Shown piece after piece: positions 55,935-64,000 of a stretch of 64,000 nt of DNA; the stretch's first letter is position 1, and each line of letters starts with the position of its first letter. The stretch is from contig CAXXMV010000006.1 of the NCBI GenBank assembly GCA_963662285.2, positions 864,001-928,000 on the forward strand, written 5' to 3'. Origin of the DNA: a bacterium. Its GTDB lineage: Bacteria > Hinthialibacterota > Hinthialibacteria > Hinthialibacterales > Hinthialibacteraceae. The translations under genes were made by a program, and so were the position numbers. The notes beneath the pieces were generated by a model, which had not been told where the DNA came from, ran no database searches, and saw nothing but the letters and a program-made list of their open reading frames with translations.

Positions 55935-58900
55935 ATGAAAACAGGATTCCGACCACAAGCCCAGGGTCTTTATGACCCATCTCAGGAGCATGATAGCTGC
56001 GGCGTAGGGTTTGTAGCCAATATTAAAGGCGTTAAATCTCATGATTTGGTTACTAATGCTTTGCAGGTGTTAGTTAACTTGGCGCATCGCGGCGCCGCTG
56101 GCAGCGATCCTGAGACTGGTGATGGCGCTGGCATTATAATGCAGATGCCGGATTTGTTTTTGCGTAAAGTCACCAGTTCACTACCGTTTGATCTTCCTGC
56201 ATTGGGAGAATATGGCGTTGGTATGATGTTTATGCCGATTGATGCCGGACAGCGCAAGTGGTGCGAAGCATTGGTGGAGAACATCATCCAGTATGAAGGC
56301 CAGGAAATCCTTGGGTGGCGCGATGTACCAAATGATGATTGCTATATTGGCAGGGTAGCGCGTTCAGTTAAGCCGTTCATCCGCCAGGTTTTCATCAAAC
56401 GGGGCGCCAATGTTAAAGACCAGGCGGCTTTCGAGCGTAAATTATATATTATCCGTAAAGTTATTGAAAAAGCGGCCCGCGGTTATGATGGCGACGGGTA
56501 TTTCTATATCCCCAGCTTTTCCAGTAAAACCTTGGTTTATAAAGGTTTGCTACTAGCTGAACAGGTGGGCATGTTTTATCCTGATCTGAGCGATCCTGAT
56601 CTGACCACCGCTCTGGCTATTGTGCATCAGAGATATAGCACTAATACGTTTCCAACCTGGGACTTGGCGCATCCCTTCCGTTATATAGCTCATAATGGAG
56701 AGATCAACACTTTACGCGGCAATATTAACTGGATGCATGCGCGTCAGTCGTTGTTTAAGAGCGACCTGTACGGCGATGATATCAAAAAACTTTTTCCCAT
56801 TTGCATACCAGGCGGCAGTGATTCAGCTACGCTGGATAATGCTTTAGAACTATTGGTGATGGGCGGTCGCCGGTTGGAGCATGCCGTAATGATGCTTATT
56901 CCCGAGGCATGGAGCGGACATGAGAGCATGTCTCAGACCAAGAAGGATTTCTATGAATATCATTCATGCCTGATGGAGCCGTGGGATGGTCCCGCTTCGG
57001 TGGCGTTTACTGATGGCGTGAATATCGGCGCGGTATTGGACCGTAACGGTTTGCGTCCTTCGCGTTACGTCGTAACCAAAGATGATATGTGCGTTATGGC
57101 TTCTGAAGTGGGCGTTCTGGATATCGCTCCGGAAAACGTCAAGATGAAAGGCCGCCTGCAGCCGGGACGTATGTTCCTGATCGATACAGTTGAAGGCCGA
57201 ATTGTTGATGATGAGGAGATCAAAGAGAAAAGCGCCCAAAGCCAGCCCTATGGCGAGTGGTTGAGCAACAACCGCGTGGTTCTGGATGATCTGACTGTTC
57301 CAGCCGGTTCAGATGATGCGGTATTGTCTAATGAGGCCGTTTTGGCGGTTCAGCAGACCTTCGGATATACCGACGAAGATCAGAAATTCCTCTTAATCCC
57401 CATGGCGCGTGATGGCAAAGAACCGCTGGGTTCAATGGGCAACGATACTCCGCTGGCGGTCTTGTCTGATCGTCCACAATTGCTTTATAACTACTTCAAG
57501 CAATTGTTCGCGCAGGTCACTAATCCCCCTATCGATCCGATTCGTGAAGATTTGGTAATGTCGTTAGTAACATATATCGGCAGTGAACTTAATATACTGG
57601 ATCAAACGCCGGAACACTGCCATCGATTGAAACTGACTTGCCCGATTCTGACTAATGAAGAAATGGCCAAGATCAAATATAGTCTTGATGGTCAGATAAA
57701 ATCCAAAACCTTAAGCAGCCTTTTCCCGGTTGATGAGGGTGAAGCGGGTCTCGATAAAGCCATGGACCGTCTGTGCGAGGAAGTTTCGCTGGCGGTTGAT
57801 GATGGCATTGGCATTATTGTTCTGAGCGACCGTGGAGTGGATCAGAACCATGTTCCCATCCCGGCTTTGTTGGCCTGTTCCGGAGTACACCATCACTTGA
57901 TCCGTGAAGGCACGCGAACTCAAGTCGGCATTATTATTGAATCCGGAGAGCCGCGTGAGGTAATGCACTTCGCCTTGTTAGCGGGATATGGCGCGGGGGC
58001 CGTTAATCCATACGTCGCGATGGACATGGTCGAACAATTGGTTGAAGACGACCGGGTCGAAGGAGTGCAGGATAAGAAAACAGCAGTTCAAAATTACATT
58101 AAAGCGATAAAAAAAGGTCTGCTCAAAGTCTTATCGAAAATGGGCATCTGCACATTGCAAAGTTATCGCGGCGCTCAAATCTTTGAAGCAATCGGCCTGA
58201 ACAGTAGTGTTATTAAAAAATATTTCACAGGGTCTGCATCACGCCTGGGCGGCATCCCCATAGATGTTATTGCTAAAGAATCGCTGATGCGCCATAACTA
58301 CGGCTTCCCCGATAGAGCGGTTAAAAATCCTGACCTTGATCTTGGCGGCGCCTATCAGTGGCGGCGTGAAGGCGAACATCACATGGTCAACCCGGACATA
58401 GTGGCTAAGTTGCAACATGCTGTGCGCACCGATAACTATGATGTCTTCAAGGAATACGCCCGGATCGCCAATGACGAATCACGAAAACGAAGCACGATTC
58501 GCGGGATGCTGGAATTCCAGTTCGCCGATAAGCCTTTACCGTTGGAAGAGGTCGAACATGAATCGGAAATAGTGAAACGTTTTGTAACCGGCGCCATGTC
58601 GTTCGGTTCTATCAGCAAGGAAGCCCATGAAACCCTGGCTATCGCCATGAACCGTTTGGGCGGCAAGAGCAATACCGGCGAGGGCGGGGAAGACCCGGAA
58701 CGTTTCAAGCGCCTGCCCAACGGCGACAGCAAACGCAGCGCCATTAAGCAGGTGGCCTCCGGCCGTTTCGGCGTGACTAATGAGTATCTGACCAATGCCG
58801 ATGAGTTGCAGATCAAGATGGCGCAAGGCGCCAAGCCCGGCGAGGGTGGACAGTTGCCCGGTCATAAAGTTAATGAGGTAATAGCCAAGGTACGGCATTC

Positions 58901-60443
58901 GACGCCGGGGGTTACGCTGATTTCTCCTCCTCCTCATCACGATATCTATTCGATTGAAGATCTGGCGCAGTTGATTCATGATTTGAAGAATGCCAATCCG
59001 CAAGCGCGCATCTCGGTTAAACTGGTTTCTGAAGTGGGCGTTGGAACTGTGGCGGCGGGAGTTTCCAAAGGAAAAGCCGATCACGTATTGGTAAGCGGCG
59101 ACTGCGGCGGGACGGGAGCTTCGCCTTTGTCGTCGATTAAACACGCTGGCCTGCCCTGGGAACTGGGGCTTTCAGAGACGCAGCAGGTTCTGGTTAAGAA
59201 CGACCTGCGCTCGCGTATTGTGGTCCAGACTGACGGGCAGATGAAAACCGGACGCGACGTGGTAATCGCTGGAATCCTCGGCGCTGAAGAGGTTGGTTTC
59301 GCCACCCTGGCCCTGGTAGCGTCGGGTTGCATTATGATGCGTAAATGCCATTTGAATACCTGCCCGGTCGGCGTGGCGACTCAGAATGAAGAGTTGAGAA
59401 AATTATTTACCGGCAAACCGGAGCATGTGGTCAATTTCTTTACCTATATCGCCAGACAAGCGCGTGAGATTATGGCGCAACTTGGCGTCCGTAAATTTGA
59501 AGATTTGGTGGGTTGCACCGAATTGTTGACTCCGGATGAGAAAATTGATCATTGGAAAGGCAAGTACCTTGATCTGGCTAAAATTCTGGAGAAGCCGGAT
59601 GTTGATTTTGGCGTTCGGTGCACGGAGAAGCAGGATCACGGTCTTGATAAAGCATTGGATAATAAACTGATTGAATTGGCTCAAGAGGCTATAGAGAATC
59701 AAAAACCGGTTGAGATTAATCTTCCTATCAGAAATATCAACCGGACGGTTGGAGTAACCTTGAGCCATGAAATCACTAAAAGATACGGCATCAAGGGTCT
59801 GCCCGAAGATACTATTAATATCAAATTCAACGGTTCCGCTGGACAGAGTTTTGGCGCATTCCTGGCCAATGGAGTTAGCATGACGGTTGAAGGCGACGCT
59901 AATGACTATACCGGCAAAGGAATGACGGGAGGCCGCTTGGTTGTTTATCCTCCTAAGCAATCTTCTTTTGTTGCTGAAGATAATATTCTGGTAGGCAACG
60001 TTGTCTTGTATGGCGCTACGGGCGGAGAATGTTATTTCCGCGGCGTGGCGGGCGAGCGTTTCTGCGTCAGAAACAGCGGCGCCTATGCGGTGGTTGAAGG
60101 CGTAGGCGATCATGGCTGCGAGTATATGACAGGTGGTCGTACTGTAATTCTGGGCGAGGTCGGACGAAACTTCGGCGCTGGCATGAGCGGCGGCATCGCT
60201 TACATTTATGATAAGAGCCAGACTTTCGCAAAACTATGCAATCATTCCATGATCGATCTGGATAAACTGGATGATCAGGAAAGCATCATGGAATTGCGCG
60301 GCATGATCGAGCGTCATCTGCATTATACCGATAGTTCTGCGGCGCAAGATATATTGGATAATTGGGATCAAAGTTTGACGCAATTCGTCAAAGTAATGCC
60401 TAAGGAATATAAGCGATATCTGATGGAGATAGAGCAGGCTTAA
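55935..60443 (+). CDS. gltB: glutamate synthase large subunit
   Basis: [71 protein letters not shown]. Confidence 0.99.
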   Translation: MKTGFRPQAQGLYDPSQEHDSCGVGFVANIKGVKSHDLVTNALQVLVNLAHRGAAGSDPETGDGAGIIMQMPDLFLRKVTSSLPFDLPALGEYGVGMMFMPIDAGQRKWCEALVENIIQYEGQEILGWRDVPNDDCYIGRVARSVKPFIRQVFIKRGANVKDQAAFERKLYIIRKVIEKAARGYDGDGYFYIPSFSSKTLVYKGLLLAEQVGMFYPDLSDPDLTTALAIVHQRYSTNTFPTWDLAHPFRYIAHNGEINTLRGNINWMHARQSLFKSDLYGDDIKKLFPICIPGGSDSATLDNALELLVMGGRRLEHAVMMLIPEAWSGHESMSQTKKDFYEYHSCLMEPWDGPASVAFTDGVNIGAVLDRNGLRPSRYVVTKDDMCVMASEVGVLDIAPENVKMKGRLQPGRMFLIDTVEGRIVDDEEIKEKSAQSQPYGEWLSNNRVVLDDLTVPAGSDDAVLSNEAVLAVQQTFGYTDEDQKFLLIPMARDGKEPLGSMGNDTPLAVLSDRPQLLYNYFKQLFAQVTNPPIDPIREDLVMSLVTYIGSELNILDQTPEHCHRLKLTCPILTNEEMAKIKYSLDGQIKSKTLSSLFPVDEGEAGLDKAMDRLCEEVSLAVDDGIGIIVLSDRGVDQNHVPIPALLACSGVHHHLIREGTRTQVGIIIESGEPREVMHFALLAGYGAGAVNPYVAMDMVEQLVEDDRVEGVQDKKTAVQNYIKAIKKGLLKVLSKMGICTLQSYRGAQIFEAIGLNSSVIKKYFTGSASRLGGIPIDVIAKESLMRHNYGFPDRAVKNPDLDLGGAYQWRREGEHHMVNPDIVAKLQHAVRTDNYDVFKEYARIANDESRKRSTIRGMLEFQFADKPLPLEEVEHESEIVKRFVTGAMSFGSISKEAHETLAIAMNRLGGKSNTGEGGEDPERFKRLPNGDSKRSAIKQVASGRFGVTNEYLTNADELQIKMAQGAKPGEGGQLPGHKVNEVIAKVRHSTPGVTLISPPPHHDIYSIEDLAQLIHDLKNANPQARISVKLVSEVGVGTVAAGVSKGKADHVLVSGDCGGTGASPLSSIKHAGLPWELGLSETQQVLVKNDLRSRIVVQTDGQMKTGRDVVIAGILGAEEVGFATLALVASGCIMMRKCHLNTCPVGVATQNEELRKLFTGKPEHVVNFFTYIARQAREIMAQLGVRKFEDLVGCTELLTPDEKIDHWKGKYLDLAKILEKPDVDFGVRCTEKQDHGLDKALDNKLIELAQEAIENQKPVEINLPIRNINRTVGVTLSHEITKRYGIKGLPEDTINIKFNGSAGQSFGAFLANGVSMTVEGDANDYTGKGMTGGRLVVYPPKQSSFVAEDNILVGNVVLYGATGGECYFRGVAGERFCVRNSGAYAVVEGVGDHGCEYMTGGRTVILGEVGRNFGAGMSGGIAYIYDKSQTFAKLCNHSMIDLDKLDDQESIMELRGMIERHLHYTDSSAAQDILDNWDQSLTQFVKVMPKEYKRYLMEIEQA

Positions 60444-60446
60444 CAA

Positions 60447-60488
60447 TCCCCTCTTTTTAGTTCTTCCCCAGGTTTGGGGTAGAGGGGT
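60447..60488. repeat. CCCTC-type palindromic repeat between gltB and gltD
   Basis: TCCCCTCTTTTTAGTTCTTCCCCAGGTTTGGGGTAGAGGGG, similar to 21648-21720. Confidence 0.55.
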
Positions 60489-60530
60489 TTCTGGCATCGT
60501 ATTTAGAGTACTTAAAAACAGAGGTGTATC

Positions 60531-61958
60531 ATGGGTAAAGTAACTGGTTTTTTGGAGGTGGATCGCGAACTACCTCAGAATATTCCTGTAGAGGAACGTA
60601 TAAAGAATAATAATGAATTTCATAATAAACCATCTGAAGAGGAGCTTAAAAAGCAAGGCTCCCGATGCATGGATTGCGGCGTACCAACCTGCCATTGGGG
60701 TTGTCCTTTAGGCAATATTATCCCCGATTGGAATGACCGTATATATAGGGGGCGTTGGAAAGAGGCTCTGGACCGGCTTCATAAAACCAATAATTTCCCG
60801 GAATTTACCGGACGTCTGTGTCCCGCGCCCTGCGAAGCGTCATGCGTTCTTTCTATAAATAAAGATGCTGTGACTATTAAAGAGATTGAACTTAATATCA
60901 TTGAGCATGGTTTTAAGGAAGGCTGGGTAGTTGCAAAGCCTCCATTGCAAGAGACGGGCAAGAGCGTCGCTGTAGTCGGGTCTGGTCCATCGGGTATGGC
61001 GGCGGCCCAGCAGTTGCGTCGTCTGGGTCATAAAGTGACTCTATTCGAGAAGAGCGCGAATATTGGCGGCTTGCTGCGTTATGGCATCCCTGATTTCAAG
61101 TTAGAGAAGCATATCATAGAGCGCCGGGTTGCTCAAATGGTGGAAGAGGGCGTTGAGATTAAGACCGGCGTTAATGTTGGAGTGGATATAACTGCTGATC
61201 AATTGAAAGCTAATTTTGATGCGGTCTGTTTGACGGGCGGCGCCATGAAGGCGCGCGATCTTCCCATTGAAGGCCGTGATCTGGTTGGCATCTATCAGGC
61301 GATGGAGTTTCTGGTTCCCAATAATAAAAAGGTCGCTGGAGAAGAACTGGCTGATGGAGAATTTATTTCAGCGCATGGCAAGCGCGTCTTAGTGATTGGC
61401 GGCGGCGATACCGGCGCTGATTGCGTGGGCGTCTCTAACCGGCATGGCGCTAAAAGCGTAATGCAAATAGAGATCATGCCTAAGCCTCCGCTGGAACGCA
61501 CTGATAAAATGCCGTGGCCTAACTGGCCCTTTATCCTGCGCACCTCCACTTCTCACGAAGAGGGCGTTGAGCGGGATTGGAGCATCATGTCCAAGCGCTT
61601 CGTTGGTTCGGATGGAAAACTGGAGAAGGTTGAAGCGGTGCGGGTGCAGACTGAAACTGATGAGCAGGGGCGTTTGAAATTCGTTGAGGTTCCCGGAAGC
61701 GATTTCGCCATTGAAGCGGATATTGTTTTACTGGCTATGGGTTTCACCGGCCCGGTTCAGGAAGGCATGTTGAATGACCTGGGAGTGGAGTATAACGAGC
61801 GCGGCGCAGTTAAAATCGATGACAACCGTATGACCAGCATCCCCGGCGTGTTCTCGGCGGGAGATATGAGCCGCGGCGCCTCATTAGTGGTCTGGTGCAT
61901 CGCGGACGGCCGTGAAACTGCGAAAGCCATTGATGACTACTTGATGAAGGATGATTAG
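60531..61958 (+). CDS. gltD: glutamate synthase small subunit
   Basis: MGKVTGF, RCMDCGVPTC, CPLGNIIPDWN, NNFPEFTGRLCPAPCE, GSGPSG, IGGGDTGADC, GASLVVW. Confidence 0.98.
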   Translation: MGKVTGFLEVDRELPQNIPVEERIKNNNEFHNKPSEEELKKQGSRCMDCGVPTCHWGCPLGNIIPDWNDRIYRGRWKEALDRLHKTNNFPEFTGRLCPAPCEASCVLSINKDAVTIKEIELNIIEHGFKEGWVVAKPPLQETGKSVAVVGSGPSGMAAAQQLRRLGHKVTLFEKSANIGGLLRYGIPDFKLEKHIIERRVAQMVEEGVEIKTGVNVGVDITADQLKANFDAVCLTGGAMKARDLPIEGRDLVGIYQAMEFLVPNNKKVAGEELADGEFISAHGKRVLVIGGGDTGADCVGVSNRHGAKSVMQIEIMPKPPLERTDKMPWPNWPFILRTSTSHEEGVERDWSIMSKRFVGSDGKLEKVEAVRVQTETDEQGRLKFVEVPGSDFAIEADIVLLAMGFTGPVQEGMLNDLGVEYNERGAVKIDDNRMTSIPGVFSAGDMSRGASLVVWCIADGRETAKAIDDYLMKDD

Positions 61959-62011
61959 TTATATCTAGATTAGTCTTCACCCTAGGGGATGAAGAATCAG
62001 AAGTGATTGAA

Positions 62012-62051
62012 TCAAGGGCTGACCGCATTGCGATCTTGCCCTTGCCACCCG
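62012..62051. repeat. CAAGGG-family palindromic repeat
   Basis: TCAAGGGCTGACCGCATTGCGATCTTGCCCTTGCCACCCG; same ends as 21559-21592 and 23026-23059. Confidence 0.65.
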
Positions 62052-62106
62052 CCATTGATGAAGGATGATGCATAGTTTGAGTGATTCTTAATATAAAGTT
62101 AAAGCG

Positions 62107-62140
62107 TAAAGCCCCTAAAAAATGGGGCTTTATTTATTTT
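62107..62140 (+). terminator. intrinsic terminator after gltBD
   Basis: TAAAGCCCC-loop-GGGGCTTTA followed by TTTATTTT. Confidence 0.65.
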
Positions 62141-62317
62141 CATGGTTTTATAATTATCGAATTGTTAAATTACTGGTATTCAATTCAACGTAATATATAT
62201 AAAAGAAGAGTGTATTTTAGTCTGAATCAAGGAAAACCTATACTTTATGTTTAGCCAGAACTATTAAATATAGGGAGATTGTTGAGGTAATTGTAATTAA
62301 TTCGAGGCAAAAAAAAA

Positions 62318-62391
62318 CTCCCCCGGTTGGACTCGAACCAACAACACTGCGGTTAACAGCCGCATGCTCTGCCGAATTGAGCTACAGGGGA
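62318..62391 (-). tRNA. tRNA-Asn (GTT), CCA not encoded
   Basis: Minus strand TCCCCTGTAGCTCAATTCGGCAGAGCATGCGGCTGTTAACCGCAGTGTTGTTGGTTCGAGTCCAACCGGGGGAG: acceptor stem, D arm, anticodon GTT, TTCGA loop. Confidence 0.96.
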
Positions 62392-62766
62392 ATATTTTTG
62401 TTTTTTTATATGCACAGTAAGGATATTATTTACAAACTCCTTGCGAGCAGTGAATAGATTAGACATTTCCAAATTATAGTCAAGTCTTCAATATCATAGA
62501 TAGAGATTTTTTTGAATTTATCTGCAAATTTATTGTATTACCCGAAAATAGCAACGATATAGCGAATCAATACCGGTTGGATGTTCGAATATTCGGGTGA
62601 AAGTCCATAATCCAATATTGGTAAATTAAAATAGCCATTTTTGGTATTGCAGAAGCCATTTGAGATCAAATATGTATAATGGCATGGTGTTTTATTGTCA
62701 ATTTTAATTGTTATTTCATTATTCTTGTTAAAAACCATTATTTTCTAAAACGAGAGGGAAAAACAA

Positions 62767-64000
62767 ATGGATAGCGAAACCACAGTACAAACCATAAGTA
62801 TGTCGGCTTTATTAATCGGCTTAATAGGCGGGCTCTCTCTCTTCCTGTACGGCATGGAACAGATGACGACCTCCATGAAAGTAATGGCTGGTGGAGGATT
62901 GAAGACGCTTTTATCCAAAATGACGTCCAACCGCTTCAAAGCGGCGTTAACCGGGGCGTTTGTGACGGCGGTAGTCAACTCTTCAACGGTTACTACGGTT
63001 TTGGTTGTCGGATTTATTTCGGCGGGGCTGATTACCCTCACTCAATCGATCGGGCTTATTATGGGCGCCAATATCGGATCGACCATCACCGCCCAGGTAA
63101 TCGCATTCAAAGTTACTAAATACTCATTGCTGCTTATCGGGGCTGGTTATATCTGGAATATGGCGGCGCGTAATGAAAATCAGAGTCATTACAGCACCAT
63201 GCTTATGGGTTTGGGCATGCTGTTTTTCGGCATGTCGATCATGAGCGAAGCCACCAGGCCGCTGCATTCATACCCCCCATTTATCGATTTGATGAAAATG
63301 ATGGACGCTCCATTATTGGGGATACTGATAGGAGCGGTATTCACGGCGATTATCCATAGTTCAGGAGCAACGACTGGCATCATAATTGTTTTGGCAAGCC
63401 AGGGATTCGTCACCTTGGACGCTGGAATCGCCCTGGCTTTCGGCGCCAACATTGGAACCTGCGCCACAGCTTTAGTGGCATCCATAGGTAAGCCCCGGGC
63501 GGCGGTTCAAGCGGCGATGGTGCATATTATATTTAATGCAGCCGGTTGTTTGTTATGGATTTTCTTTATTCCCTATTTAGCTGCGCTGGTGAGGTTTATC
63601 TCGCCGACTTCTCCTGAATTGGAGGGGATCGCCCGTTTAGCAGCGGAAACCCCCCGGCAAATTGCCAATGCCCATACTTTCTTTAATGTAGCTAATACCT
63701 TCATTTTTATCGGTTTAGTTAAACCGATGGCCCGACTGGTGGAGTATTTGATTCCGATCAAAATTGAACCGGAACCAAAAGTCGCTAAACCGAAATTTCT
63801 GGATGATGCATTGATCGGCACGCCCGATCTGGCCTTAGACCGGGTTCGGCTTGAACTGGTTCGCATGGGAGAACACACGTTGAAAATGGTGGTCAGTTCG
63901 ATTCCCATCGTCATGCGAGGTAGCAAGGCTGAGATTGAAACCATTCCCAAGATGGATGATGATATCGACGCCCTGCATGAAGCCATCCTGGATTATATAC
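62767..64000 (+). CDS. Na/Pi cotransporter family protein (NptA/YjbB-like, PhoU-like tail), truncated by window end
   Basis: Absent from the ORF track because it has no stop in the window; manual translation gives GGLSLFLYGM, TAVVNSSTVTTVLVVGF, IMGANIGSTITAQ, IIHSSGAT, GANIGTC, IANAHTFFN; GAGGGA RBS. Confidence 0.9.
   Translation, partial: MDSETTVQTISMSALLIGLIGGLSLFLYGMEQMTTSMKVMAGGGLKTLLSKMTSNRFKAALTGAFVTAVVNSSTVTTVLVVGFISAGLITLTQSIGLIMGANIGSTITAQVIAFKVTKYSLLLIGAGYIWNMAARNENQSHYSTMLMGLGMLFFGMSIMSEATRPLHSYPPFIDLMKMMDAPLLGILIGAVFTAIIHSSGATTGIIIVLASQGFVTLDAGIALAFGANIGTCATALVASIGKPRAAVQAAMVHIIFNAAGCLLWIFFIPYLAALVRFISPTSPELEGIARLAAETPRQIANAHTFFNVANTFIFIGLVKPMARLVEYLIPIKIEPEPKVAKPKFLDDALIGTPDLALDRVRLELVRMGEHTLKMVVSSIPIVMRGSKAEIETIPKMDDDIDALHEAILDYI

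Noticed and set aside
62318-62766. tRNA-Asn as an integration site of an island
   Set aside because: No integrase nearby, and I saw no duplicated tRNA 3' end in the window.
62538-63986. Four minus-strand ORFs at the window end
   Set aside because: Three are antisense to the Na/Pi cotransporter that runs off the window; the other is AT-rich intergenic noise.

Overview
Bacterial chromosomal window with AT-rich intergenic regions, from a diderm (secretin, DcaP-like porin, Tat/Sec exported enzymes). The gene and repeat style reminds me of candidate lineages such as OLB16/Hinthialibacterota or Sumerlaeota; this is recall, not verified. Contents in order: a DUF533 + GYF/AIM24 pair, a RelE-type toxin-antitoxin module, two Tat sulfatases, mnmA, a porin, and a minus-strand type II secretion (T2SS) cluster (gspE-F-H-I-J-K-L-M-C-like-D) that lacks gspG. 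Then a ygfA-tsaE fusion with tsaB and rimI, a lone HsdR-N nuclease, a stand-alone GspG-like pseudopilin directly upstream of a triple-LamG protein, several exported glycan-active enzymes, a B12 radical SAM enzyme, an acyl-AMP ligase-ACP-acyltransferase, a DUF3160 protein, gltBD, tRNA-Asn and a truncated Na/Pi cotransporter. At least three families of short palindromic REP-like repeats are scattered through the intergenic regions. Most notable signal: three unrelated signal-peptide proteins end in the same motif V-x-x-W-x-L-Y(-D)-stop. One sits right behind the orphan pseudopilin gene and another is built from two pseudopilin-like head domains with no pilin anchor. Together with the gspG-less T2SS and an elongated secretin, this suggests an undescribed C-terminal sorting signal linked to a modular T2SS/pseudopilus. 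That link is a hypothesis.
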